A stretch of DNA of 64,000 bases from Lingula anatina. Lineage: Eukaryota > Animalia > Brachiopoda. The stretch's first letter is position 1, and the number at the start of each line of letters is the position of its first letter. A program made the translations under genes and the position numbers. The stretch lies in the NCBI GenBank assembly GCA_051362555.1, contig CM120640.1:71030788-71094787 (forward strand), in the 5' to 3' direction. Below are positions 41,260-53,940 of the stretch, one piece after another. The notes under the pieces are model-generated. The model did not search any database. It was not told where the DNA came from and saw only the letters and a program-made list of their open reading frames with translations.

Positions 41260-44124
41260 TCACAGTTCATCCTTGTCTTTGGTCTTCAGTCCTATGGGAC
41301 AACTGATCCCTGTACCCCCCAGTCCACAATACCCCCCTGGGTTTTTATACAGATACTGTTGGTGATAATCCTCTGCATAGTAGAACTCTGGAGCTGGGAG
41401 GATCTCTGTGGTGATAGTGGAGTAGCCATTCCTGGAGAGAACCTTCTGGTAGGTTTCTTTGGATTCAAGAGCCTGTGTCTTCTGGTCATCATCATAGTAG
41501 TAGATTCCAGAGCGATACTGGGTGCCCACGTCGTTCCCCTGACGCATCCCCTGGGTGGGGTTGTGACTCTCCCAGAACAACTTGAGAAGTGCAGAGTAGT
41601 CCACCTTGGCGGGATCATATACAACTCGGACCACTTCATTGTGGCCTGTTTGTCCTGTGCACACTTCTTCATATGTGGGATTTTTGGTGAAACCCCCAGC
41701 GTAACCAACCTGGAAAATAGCATTAGTGATTACAATTATTTATACAATGTAATGTGAGCTACTTCTATCCCAGAGAGTCAATCCAAACTCTCACAGGAAA
41801 TTCTTCATACGAGCAATATATAACTATTGTAAATGAAAACTTGGGCAGGGAGAACAAACAGTTGAAATATCTCAGGTTAAAAGATCACAACTTGAACATT
41901 TCCTGTGGCAAATTAGACTTAAAAGGGACAAAATGTTGCAAATATGTCAAATATTAAAAGTCTGACATGTATGCAAGGTTTTCCAGCATTAGACCAAGTT
42001 TCAGATTTGGAAGTTTTTTATTTTTTTTGATTCAGTGAAGTTTTCAATAGCTAAACTGCATTTTCTGTTGAACAAATTTTTTATAACTTTGTTCCTTGCA
42101 AACAAAAAGGTCATTATTTTAGCTTAAAAAAGATTTCATGATTCAAATAAAGTGCTTCCAAGCCAAATGCCTACTTTGAGTTTTTTCCAGGATAACTTTA
42201 GTCAATGTCCAAAATTTTACTAGTAATTAACTTATGGATGAATTAAGTGACTGGTTTCCATATAGACATTCAATAAATGAAGAAATTAATATAGAAGAGA
42301 AACATTCGAGGTGAAAGGTGATATAAATGCAATAAAGGACATGTTTCACCAGGCAATGAATATGATTCAGTGGGAGAACAAGAACAAGAGAATGAGAATA
42401 AGAAATCAGACATTTATGAATAACATGAAACACCCAGAGTGCACTGTAAACAAAATATGCCACACTCATTCTTTTCAAAGTATTTTTTTAACATTTCACT
42501 TTTTCAGACTATCTTCTACAAACAGGTGAAAACATGCATTGTAATACAACCTACCTGAGTAGAGAAAACACCTGACATTTTCCAGAATTTTCTTTCTGCA
42601 CCCCAAAAGCAACCCATGCCTGACAAGAAAAGTAAAATGAATGTTCTGTTGAAACTTCTTGGAAAAAGATGCCAGTATTACTCCATAGACAAAAATTGCC
42701 AGACAAATATTCACTGTGTAACATTATAAATGAGAAGATCTGTGTTCACTTACCAAACATGAACATCTTCATATTGTCTGGGAAAGGGGGCACTGTGGGA
42801 TTCTTGTTGGCTGCATGAGTGTTGGAAACTATGATCTTTTTGTCTCTTCCTAGAACAAATAACATTCCAAAGGTTAGTTTTTTGGGTGCTATATTCTATG
42901 AACAGGTCCTTTATTTATCAACTCAATATTGGGATTTATTTCTCAAATCCTTTCATTTTGGTTCCATTTAAAATGTATTAAATATAGGTGCAAATCTGTG
43001 GTATGACTGTTTATATATGAAAGTATGTACTTCATTCTCTTTAACTGAAGCAGAACTAGAATCATAATTTTAAAAGAATCACGTCAGTGGTCGTGGAAAT
43101 CTACTGAAAAAAATATTTCGACATTTTGTTAATACATTTCCTCCCTCCAACATCAACAATCCAAATGTTTTTTAACTCATAATGGCAAAAAACTTTATGA
43201 TCTCAGAATATTGGCATCTCTACTAAAAACAAACAAGTGCCTTCTGTCTTATTACATTACAAAAAGAGTCAGTGACATGAAGTCTTGATTTCACATGGAC
43301 TTTGATTTATAAGGTTTGAAACCAAATCAAATACCTTCTTCATTTGTCAGGGGGGGGGGGGGGGGGGGGGGGGGTCAAATAATCAGTTTCTAACACTGTT
43401 ATTTATATTTCTAATATAACCAAGCTTGCTGGCATTAAAACTAAAACATGGTAAATATTTAGGTTGGTGAACTGTCAGGGCTCCAGACAGAGAATACACA
43501 TCCAGTTCTTCTTCTTGTTCCTCATCTTTGTAACAACTGTCTCACATCCATGTACTGGTTAAAAGTCAAGACATCTGATATGCTTTGAGCCAAGTTTGAG
43601 CTAATAATAACCATTACGTCACATGTCTAAGTTCTTTCTATTACTAACATTGGCACATGGAGCACCAGAAGTTTCCAGCATAATGGATGCTTTAACTTAT
43701 TCACACTGTATAATAATTCTGAAATTTAATCAAGTTTTTTGGTCTTTTCATTCAACCTTGGTCACGGCTCAAGTATTCTCATACAGTGTGAATAAGTGAA
43801 AACTATCACGAATAACACACAATCCTGTATTGAAGAGTTTGCATAATAAATATTTGTTGGCATCTCCTCTGTGACAAGACCAGTTTTGATAAAAGCCATA
43901 TCTCATAGTTTTAGACACAGGGAAGATGATGTTGGAGGACTGAAAGCATTCATTCAGTTCTGTATCATTCTGATTTGGCATGCAGTGGGCATCTGACCTG
44001 GCAATGCCTCTTCCTCTGTAGGCATCTTCATCTTGGAGGCCATGTCTCCCATTGCAAAGAAAATGGAGGCTCTGGGAATGTGCAGACACGAGGAAAAGAA
44101 CAGGAAGAATCGGGCCTTCTGCAT
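41260..44124 (-). CDS. MSRA: Peptide methionine sulfoxide reductase A (245 aa)
   Basis: Exons 44124-43998, 42849-42754, 42619-42555 and 41709-41260 join in phase. It has the catalytic GMGCFWGAE motif, [43 protein letters not shown] and the resolving Cys pair in [14 protein letters not shown] probable 5'UTR exon ends at the donor AAG|GTAAG at 45066. Confidence 0.97.
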
Positions 44125-46251
44125 ATGGAGCTGCTCATCAAGAAAACAAAATTATTTTGGTTAAATTAAGAAAGTCAAACTGCATAATACATGTATGAAA
44201 AATGTCAAAAGACAACAGTGATTTTACAAACAGTGTCACACTTTAGTATGCTTCTCATATAAAGGTACTTTATCTGGTGTTCTGTCATAGCAATGTTATC
44301 TTAAGCAAATTTTACTATCAAATCATGTCACGATCTAGAACTCTTGTTTCTTCACATCAAAACAAAGACGTATCGTTTAAGACAAGCTGAAATGTCACAA
44401 AGTCATATTTATACGTCTTTATTTCCTACAAAGCTAATTATCTTTCTCCATTCTGACCTTAAAATGATAATACTCAATTTAAATCCCCGGTGTCAATATT
44501 GTGGTATAAATGAACCACAACATTACCAGTACAGTAGAATGGCTGTAAAATTCAGTCATCTAATTAGTAATGTTGCAAAACATGCACTGTATCAAGGTGT
44601 AGGGATTGGCCAATCAATGATTTGTGAGTTGCAGAGAATTGCTTTTTTCTCCAAAAAGTTAGATTTGGCTAAAGCACCCGGTAAAGTATACTTTAAACGT
44701 TGGTGAAGGAGAATTCGGTCATGATTTCCCGTATAAATTAAATAACCAACAGATCAGGTTTGTGGGGTATGTATTATCAGGTGAATTTATATGGCACTTA
44801 AGCTCCAAATTGCTCAACTTTGTGTTTCATAAGCGCTGATCAGTTCATGGCGGATACTCTGGTAACACAAAATGACTTGTTATAAAACTGTAAGTGAAAC
44901 TGAAAGACCCAGACTCGGAGACCAAGTAAAGTAAATCTGTGTTAGAAACAAAGGGGGGGGGGTACCCCTGCAGCCAGATGACATAAGGAGATCGTTATTA
45001 GTTTCTTTGTACATAATCTTAGTAAGGCTATGCACATCACGATCATATTTGCATGAACCTCTTACCTTCTGCTTCCTAGTTTATGTAACAAGGATATGCT
45101 GAGGTTAAAGTACTACATACTATTCACCGATATAATGCAAATGCTGGTTGCTCATGAAAACGGCCAAGAGGGGACACATGCTCGCCTTGTAGTGTAATTT
45201 ATAAGGCTACCAATAACGTTGTATACATGCACATATACATTTTCAGTGGCCGAAGATTCATACCGACTTTGTTTTTCTACCAGAGCTCCACATCATCTGT
45301 GTCTTTTTCATTCATTCTTATCACTGATTCCATCACATTTTCTTAATTAAAAAGAAGAATTAACAAGAAATATCTCAAGGCCTACATGCAGTTTAATTGC
45401 AGAAAAAAAAATCCAAGTCATATCATGCACTTAAACAGTACAACTCACACTAGAAAATTATTTCATGGTTTTCCAGGTCATTCATGTTCACACAATGGAA
45501 ATTCCAACATGGCGTTTTAAATGCTCTATTCTGTTGGGAGTAGCGTTCTTTATGAAACCTTTATTTTTTTCTAAAATCAACAACATTAAATTCTTCAACA
45601 TATTGGTTTATTGTGTTCATTTATCAGTAATTTTACAAAATTGTAAGATCTTCAGTTTTGCATTGATACACAATCAGTAAGTAGAACTATTTTTGAATAA
45701 ATGTATGATGACAACATAATATATATATAAATCATAAAATTATACTGGTTAATCTACTATACACACAAACATACCGTAAACAGCAAACCTGAGAAGGTCG
45801 TATGAATACAACAAATAAAGTTAATGTAAAAAACCACGGTTAAAATTAAATATGCATTAAAAGAGCTGGTATGAACAATGATGGTGTTGTAAAATGAGAG
45901 GCTGTATGGGGATAACATGCTGTACAATGTCCTGCTTCTGCTCTTTAGCACCAATAGAACAGGTTCCTTCTAGACCTTAGGCTTATTGTGTCAATGATCC
46001 ACAAAATGTGAAGATGAATATGTGGTCTTTTCTTTCATATTGGTTCATTTAATAAACATATTATAATAACATTTTTAAATCCTATCATTTTTGACTATAT
46101 CTAGGAGCATTAGATTGTTGCATCTCCACGGAAAGTGCAGGCAAGGACTACCAACTTTACAGGACAGTAAACTGACACTTGCAAGTATATAAAAATTGAA
46201 CTATGATATAATCTCCATCCCTCCATGCTGCTCATATAATCAAGTAGGAGC

Positions 46252-49200
46252 CTACTCCCAGCTGAGATCATCTTTCCTAAGAGAAGTCTGTAATTTCCTC
46301 ATGTCTTTTAACAAGTTCAGTGCTGCCCTGGTACCAGCAGTGGGGACTGCGTGGATTTTCCCAGCACCGTGGCCCTTGGTCTTGATGGTGGTGGTCACCT
46401 GGACCTCTCCGCTGCTGCTGCCATTGGCCGTGTACTGGGACGGAGGGGCCGACTGTGGACGGGGCTTCTTCTTCTTCTTTTTTAACCAAAGTTCTTGCAA
46501 CTAAAAACAGAGAGAAATAACATAAGAAAATGAATGCATAATAAATTTTTTTTTAGTTTCCTAGAATCATCAAATTCATGCAACCCTGTGAAAATCTGTC
46601 TACAGCAGAATTTTACAAACAACATTCAGGTTAAATTGACAAGATTTGAAAATACTTATTGACAAATTGCTTAATTATCCAATTCAAGCACTTTTCAAGG
46701 ACAAAAATGCTGGAATACAAGCCCCTTTCAAGGTTATTTGCAATTTCAGGTACCTTTAAAGGCCACAAACTGAATTCAAAGAGCAGAGCTATATCAAGCA
46801 CTTTCCAAGGCTGTATGACCCCCCCCTCCTCCAGTCAGGTCAACTTACATTTTCCTGGTGTTTCTTCAGCCTTGCAATCTGGTCTCCCTTGGCCTCCATT
46901 CTGGCCACAAGGTGGTCCAACTCCCTCTCCAAGTCCTCCCTTAACCTGTAGTCCCTGGCCTCATTAATCTGCTTTAACAACTCCTGGTGTTCACTGTAAA
47001 CACACAATAACACATTAATATAACAAGTTATAACCTGTAGACCCTGGCCTCATGAATCTGCTTTAACAACTCCTGGTGTTCACTGTAAACACACAATAAC
47101 ACATTAATATAACAAGTTATAACCTGTAGTCCCTGGCCTCATTAATCTGCTTTAACAACTCCTGGTGTTCACTGTAAACACACAATAACACATTAATATA
47201 ACAAGCTATAACCTGTAGTTCCTGGCCTCATTAATCTGCTTTAACAACTCCTGGTGTTCACTGTAAACACACAATAACACATTAATATAACAAGTTATAA
47301 CCTGTAGTTCCTGGCCTCATTAATCTGCTTTAACAACTCCTGGTGTTCACTGTAAACACACAATAACACATTAAGATGATAAGTTATAACACACAATAAC
47401 ACATTAAGATGACAAGTTAACACAATAATAGACCAAGATGAGGTGTTTCAGGAAGAAAAGTGAATTGTGTTTAGGACTTTGGGACATTGCACACTAGTAC
47501 TATGTACTATATACAGAGGCATAGTATTCTCTTCTCTAATAACAGTAATATTTCCACCACAATGAATATGATTCTTTGAGAGATGTGGCAACTTTTGAAA
47601 TGCTCTAAGAGAACATCACTTTGAATATACTTAGACTGGGTTCCCATGCCTAGATTGATCTAACTGGATCTACCCATCTCCAAGGGGTTTCTCGCTAATT
47701 TGCTTTAAGCTTAAACGGCTTATATATTTGGCACACCTACCAAGTCACTAAAGGATAGTCAAATACCCTTTAACAGCTTCAGTGGGCGTGCCAGACATCT
47801 AAGCTGCTTAACTTGATAGGAATTTAGTGAGAACCCCCTTGGAGATAGATCGATCCAAAGTTAGTATGATAGTCTTTGGGAATGGTCTCTTAGCTCGACT
47901 CACAAACTCATCTGAGCAAACTCATCCTGTAGCTGCACCATCAGCTCCGCCAGGTCGCCCTCCTCACTGCTGCTGCCAGTGTACGCCGAGGATGCACTCG
48001 CTGTGCTCCGCCTCACCAAGCCATTCTTCCTGGCTGCAGCACACAGAGAAGGATTGTGCTTCTTCATCAAGGAGAGGACCTGCTGGACATTAGCACCTAG
48101 GGCATGGCTGGGGGTCACTGCCTGTGAATGAGGAATACAGTAAAGGATCAGATACCATTTGTTACACATTACAGTTGAGGACATTACACTGACAAACCTG
48201 CTTCAACAAATTATCAAACAGATGTCCATAAACACTCAATTCACACTGTACATCACAAACGTTTTGCATTGAACAAGGACTAAAGCTTCCTTTGAGCTTT
48301 TCTCCTTTTCAACAAGGAGTTTTTTTCTGAAATGATTGTGCTCCACATTTACTGGCATGACTGCATGGCAATCATCAAACTTCTGTTGCTAAACCCATTG
48401 TATCCCAATGTTTTAGCAGCAGAATAATAAATGAGTTTATGTCTATCAAATATCATGTTTTATATACTTTTCCTGCCACAAAAGGAATTTCATTCAGGTT
48501 CAGCCTGTAGTGGTTCGTGGGGTCAACGGGTGGTTTTTGTGAAGATGCTGTGGATTTCTTGGCTGTTGTCTTTTTCTTTTTCCTCTTTGCTGTGGGTTTG
48601 TGGTCCTCTGCTCTGCTGTGCTGAGGGGAGACGGCTTCCAGAAGGATACGGTTTGTCTCGGCTGCTGTCTGGAGCTGTAAGGAGATTGAACTTGATATCA
48701 AACTGCTGTCTTAAAGAGACAGTATGACGGATAATCACAGATTTAAATTCATTTTAAACAGCCTGTGCTAATATCTAAAGTCATTTTCCATCCCTTGATG
48801 AAGTGACTACTTTGTGCTCAAAAACTTCATTATTTTTTTATTCGTCCTTATAAAGTGATGATGCAAGGAGTGCGCAGCTTGTAAATGAACACTCGGATCA
48901 CTATGTGCTAGAAATTGCTTGGGACCCAAAGAAAATTTGCCAATTGCATTCTCTTGCACCACAATCATGTATACGATTCCTTTAACTGATGTAAGTTATA
49001 TGAAATAAAAAGCAACTAAAATTTCAGAGCACACACAGAGAAAGGGGCACATCCATGCACATAATTCTCAGTCAACCTCACCATTTCTAAAAGAATTATA
49101 ATATTATTGTGCAAATACCAGGCATAACCATCTGGTGCTACTAAAATCAAAACATTAAAAGAATCATAATTCAGTCTGTAAACAGGAAGACTTTCAACTC

Positions 49201-51537
49201 ATCTAGAATATTTTCATGTAACAGAAATCAAAATTAAGCTAACAGCAATCGGTGGAAAAACAGGGAGAAGCAATCCACTTCAGCAGCTATGGTAGCCTGT
49301 TATACAGTCAATGATACACACTGGAAGATTATTTACTCTATTAATAATCAAGGTCTGTCAACAGGATGATGCGAGGTATCAAAACATTTTTCTGTCCTTC
49401 AAACATGCCACTTAGTAACAGACTGGTTTACCAGTTTTCTCCAATGATCCACTACATATGCATAGCTAACCTGTAAAGTATCATTTAAATATGACTGCAT
49501 ATTTTAGTTTCCTCTCTCTTTCTCTTAATATCATAGTATGTAACAGATTACTTCTTCTGATATGAAATATATTTTAATGTATTTTTTCTGCTGTCACAAT
49601 GACACAAAATGTAATGTAGGAAAGCGCACCATCTGTTGCTACTAAAATGCAGACATTACCTCTGCAGCTCTTTCTTGAATAAGTTTTCTCTGGTGTTGTT
49701 CTTCTTGTAACCTTTCTTCCAAACCCCTAATCTTATTCTGCAAATACCAAGCATAATCACTTAGACAAAACAGTCGAGATCAGGTTATTCATTGGAAGTA
49801 TTTAAAGAATGGTTTACTAATGATATTTACTGACCAGTTATATTACCATTTCACTTCTCTGTATTGCTATTTAAAAGCAACCATGTCTCAGTATTTGTCC
49901 ACTACATTACCTCAGCTAGAGACTGTGTGGCTGTTAATCTTAGATGTTCTCTCTCCAGCTCTGCAATCTTATCTAACTGTGACTGTAAACCAGCCTGGAG
50001 GTCCTCCTCTTTCCTCCTGTCCAGCATGGTGTGTCTGTGCACCGCCATTTCCTTGTCCTTCTCTGCATTCTGGACCATCTTCCTCATGTATTCCAGCTGT
50101 TTCTCCAGCAGGTTGCATCTTGATTCAGCTGCAGTCAGCTGGGACTCCAACTCTGATGAGAAAAACACAGGGCTAATACATCAGTTGATGTCTACATTGA
50201 AAGTTCAATCTCAAATAGTTTCTTTTGCATATCTGTTCTAAATATGACACAGACAAGAACTGATGTAGAATAAAAGTTAACAAGTAAAAATAAAATTAAA
50301 TAAAAAATTATAGATAAAAAATCAATTTTAAAAATTAATGAAAAAAAATAGCAATACAATACCCTGTGATTGCCTAGAGACAGCAGTTGCCGTGGCAGCA
50401 TCCTGTGTCATTTGCTCCCTTTGTAACATGTCTCTGTAGCGGGAGGTCTCCGAGGCCAAGTTCTTTAAATTGCCCTCAGCCATGGATCTCTCCAACTCTA
50501 ATTTCCTTATCTTATCCTGTAGGCTTTTTAATGCTCCCATCACACCTGGTGAGTAAACATAGTAAACAACAGAAATAATTTCAAATTTTATCATTCAATG
50601 ATAAAGGTTTATAGTGCACATGACACATACATATTTGCTAAAAGGAATAAATTTACTTAAGACTTTTTTCTATCCTTTAGTGACCCTTGCCAATCAACAG
50701 TTAAAAGTCATTTCCTGAGATTTCTCTACTGTGGAAGCTTCCACGTTATTTATTCTACTTTTGTTTTCTTATTTTATTTCAAAAGATCTAAGATTCATAT
50801 GAGTATTACATATGATAATAAAAAACAAAATATTATTAACATGGAAGAAATTCTGTGGAATAGCTCCTTAGTGAGCAGAACACTCAACCAAGCAGGAGTC
50901 TAACCACGTAATCTGAAAAGAAAACTCTCCCCACAGCACACATTGTACTCACTACCTTGCCTATCATTCTCAGGCAATGCTGACACTGGTTTTGCAGGAG
51001 ATCTGGTGTAATCAGTATTGATGAAGGGTCGAGTTGGTGGATACTCGCCATGGACAGTGGATGTATCATCTACCATTGACCTATCTCTGTAATTTGTGTA
51101 CATTCCTGGCCTCAGGGGTGACCTATAGCTTGAATATGCTGCTGATGGTCTCGTCTGAAATACAACATTAAAGCAGACAAATTGAATAGTAGGTGCTTTT
51201 ACAGTATCTCCCCCCACCGTCCACCTAGATTGCAGGGGCGGATCCAGGGATACTTGAAAGGGGGTCCATGGATGTGAAACCCCCCCCTCTAAATCCGCCA
51301 CTGGATTGAGTCTGATTTTTACTAGCTGAAACTAATTCAGTTATGTGGTGACATGGACTTGACGTTTCTTGTCAAAACATCTCAAGTTAATAATGGATTG
51401 CCATATATATCATTTGAAAAACAGCGATATTGCTCAAAGTCACATTATTTAGAAAAACGCATGTAAGGGGAAACTGCAAAATTATCATTATTGTCATCAC
51501 ATAAAACCTACCTAATTTCTTCACGATTTTCACTTGA

Positions 51538-51620
<83 letters not shown>

Positions 51621-51954
51621 TTAGACAATCAATTGTAATTTGTTGTCGTGACTTAATATTACAAAGTTCAGCGCGATAAATTAATCGTAAATATTTTAAA
51701 ATATGAATGTTTTGCCTGACTTAAGGTGTTTATTGTATGGAACATGAACTTATAAAGAGAGTAGCGATGCGCCGGCGATATATGTGCTTTTACTCCTCTA
51801 GGATTTATCTTGGATTCTAGTACTACAGTAGTAATCATGTTCGTTTGAATGTAATCTAATAATCCAACAACAAAACAACTGCAACTTCAAACTTAATAAT
51901 CGCAAAAAATGTTCCTGTATTTTAAAATCTTACCGGGCTATAAAGACTAGCCAT
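46252..51954 (-). CDS. CEP57: Centrosomal protein 57 (translokin) family, ~513 aa
   Basis: Exons 51954-51934, 51154-50956, 50545-50363, 50152-49911, 49737-49660, 48674-48468, 48121-47904, 46993-46849 and 46500-46252 join in phase. Centrosome-localisation coiled coil: ALKSLQDKIRKLELERSMAE, QLTAAESRCNLLEKQLEYMRKMV. Central motif: HYRLNLNEIPFVAGK. Microtubule-binding domain: LQDEFAQMSFEHQELLKQI..REDLERELDHLVARMEAKGDQI. C-terminus: LLKDMRKLQTSLRKDDLSWE. Confidence 0.95.
46942..47420. repeat. 89-bp tandem repeat (5 copies) spanning a CEP57 intron/exon junction
   Basis: The CTGTAAACACACAATAAC motif recurs at 46994, 47083, 47172, 47261 and 47350, exactly 89 bp apart. Confidence 0.95.
47634..47889. 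mobile_element. PIF/Harbinger-like MITE, subfamily A, in a CEP57 intron
   Basis: TTA|GACTGGGTTCCCA...TGGGAATGGTCTC|TTA; it ends ~14 bp from the exon boundary at 47904. Confidence 0.85.
51233..51303. mobile_element. 71-bp hAT-like MITE in CEP57 intron 1
   Basis: TIRs CAGGGGCGGAT...ATCCGCCACTG, flanked by the 5-bp direct repeat GATTG. Confidence 0.8.
51542..51618. repeat. (TA)n microsatellite
   Basis: Seen directly. Confidence 0.95.
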
Positions 51955-52340
51955 AGCTTGTCAGATTCTCAAATCACGCAGCTGCATACGTACTGTTACA
52001 ACAAGGTTCAACAACAACACCATATCATAACATCCGGGTCCTCGGGCCGCGACTGGATTTGAATATGAAATTTTCTGATTGGACAAAATGATTCAGTAAG
52101 ATTAAAAATTCGCAAAGGCAATTTTTATAGAAGATTATTATCTCAGTTATTGATTTTTCAAATAACGTAAGAAAATCCGAATAAATCTGCCTTGTTTTTC
52201 GGTGTCTTTATTGCAATGATTACTTCTCCCATCTTGCAGTGCGTGTGACTTCCGGCTATTAGCATCTCGTATCCAAACTTACGACTTGAGTGAATTTTTC
52301 TGTAATTTGACCGTTTCCATGCATTGCTGACTTCACGGTT
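51955..52340. promoter_or_regulatory. Bidirectional promoter and 5'UTRs between CEP57 and FAM76
   Basis: Only 386 bp separate the divergent ATGs. The region has local CpG enrichment, ETS-like motifs (CATCCGGG ~52031, ACTTCCGG ~52249) and an inverted CCAAT box (GATTGG ~52077). Confidence 0.7.
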
Positions 52341-53909
52341 ATGGCAGCATTATTTGCATGTACTAAGTGCAACAGCAGGCATCCGTTTGAAGAACTCTCT
52401 CCCGCAGATCAACTTTGTAAAGTGAGTTCAATCTCTTTCCACCTAGTGCATTTGCCGAAAACTGAGGCAGTTGGTTACGTCCCTTTGTCTGCTCAGTAGA
52501 TGTTATCTGTTTCCCCTTGAAAGTAATTCAAACCATATTGAAACCACTCTTAAAGTGATCCTAGAAAAATATCTGTATCAAAAGCCTTAAAATGTACAAA
52601 TCGCTTGGTCGTCTGTCGTTGTTAGTACTAAGTCTTAATTAAATGAATGCAACGGTCTTCACTGCAGACAGTGCAGTGCATTTCGAAAATCATTGTATGT
52701 TTACATTGACTAGTAAGTGTGATTGTCCAGTCTTTATAACCATCTTTACAAATTTTGACTGTAATCTTCAGGTTGTTGATCACTAATATGATTTTGTTTA
52801 CATTGATAAACAGTTCTATATGGATGTATGATACTGCATATGGTGGCAGTACTAGATTCTCTCTGAAATGATGTTCTTACCACATAAATTCATTTTCTCA
52901 GATTGATGTACAGTTGTATATTATTATTCTTTTCAGGAATGTCGTAATGCTTACCCTACTGTAAAATGCACCTATTGTAGGGCAGAGTTCCAAATAAAAG
53001 AGTAAGTATGTGATGAAATTGAATCTTAAAAAAAGATTTCACTCCAGCTCAGTGTTGTTTTTTACATTGCTTAGAATCTCTTTGCTTTAACAGAAAACCA
53101 AATGCAAGAACTTAAGCTAAATTTCATTTTAGCTTGTGAAATAAACAAACAAAATGAACAAAAAAAAAAGAAATTAAAATTAATGAATGAAAATATAATG
53201 TGATAGATTTAAATGTTCCTTTAAAACTTATTCTTCCAGTAAGGGAAATACAAATTCTATTTGTAAGAAGTGTGCTCAGTGTGTCAAATCCTATGGAAAG
53301 GCAAGTATGCTATGCAGCTGCAAACTAAATGTGATTCAGTGACTGTAGAAATAAATTTTCAAAAAAATACCTTTACCCAACATCATAAGGTGAAAATTAC
53401 TATTTGTACAAACAATGTACCACTTTTTAATACTAAATTTAATTTAGCATGAAATGCATGTGAATACACTGTAGGTAAATCTTGTTTTATTATGTTAAGT
53501 TCAAAACGTACTTTAACCAGAGATGTGTGGTGAATTTTCAGCCTACAACTTGTGAATACTGCAATATCTTGGCTGCCTTCATTGGGAACAAGTGTCAAAG
53601 ATGTGCCAACTCTGAGAAGAAGTGGGGCTCACCTCAGACCTGTGAGCAGTGTAAACAGAAGTGTGCTTTTGACAGGAGTGATGAGGCCAAGAAGAAGGTA
53701 CAGGAACCCAACACATTACACTGTAACTCATCCCTGAGATGGGTGATTTTAGAAACAAACTTCTTACACTGTTGTTGAGAATGAGGATTTCAGAAACAAA
53801 ACTTAAATACTGTCGCTTGTTCTTCAGATAGATGATTTTAGAAATACAAATTTTACACTGACATTTATTTTTTGTAGATAATTAAAAGAACTGAATGGGT
53901 GCAAATACA

Positions 53910-53940
<31 letters not shown>

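Noticed and set aside
41292-41757. Alternative-frame and antisense ORFs over the last MsrA exon
   Set aside because: They are by-products of the MsrA coding frame and have no independent motifs.
42555-42619. Possible selenocysteine-containing MsrA
   Set aside because: The catalytic codon in GCFWG is TGC (Cys), not TGA.
53010-53100. Box C-like GTGATGA in FAM76 intron 2 (possible snoRNA)
   Set aside because: There is no box D (CTGA) or terminal stem at a suitable distance.
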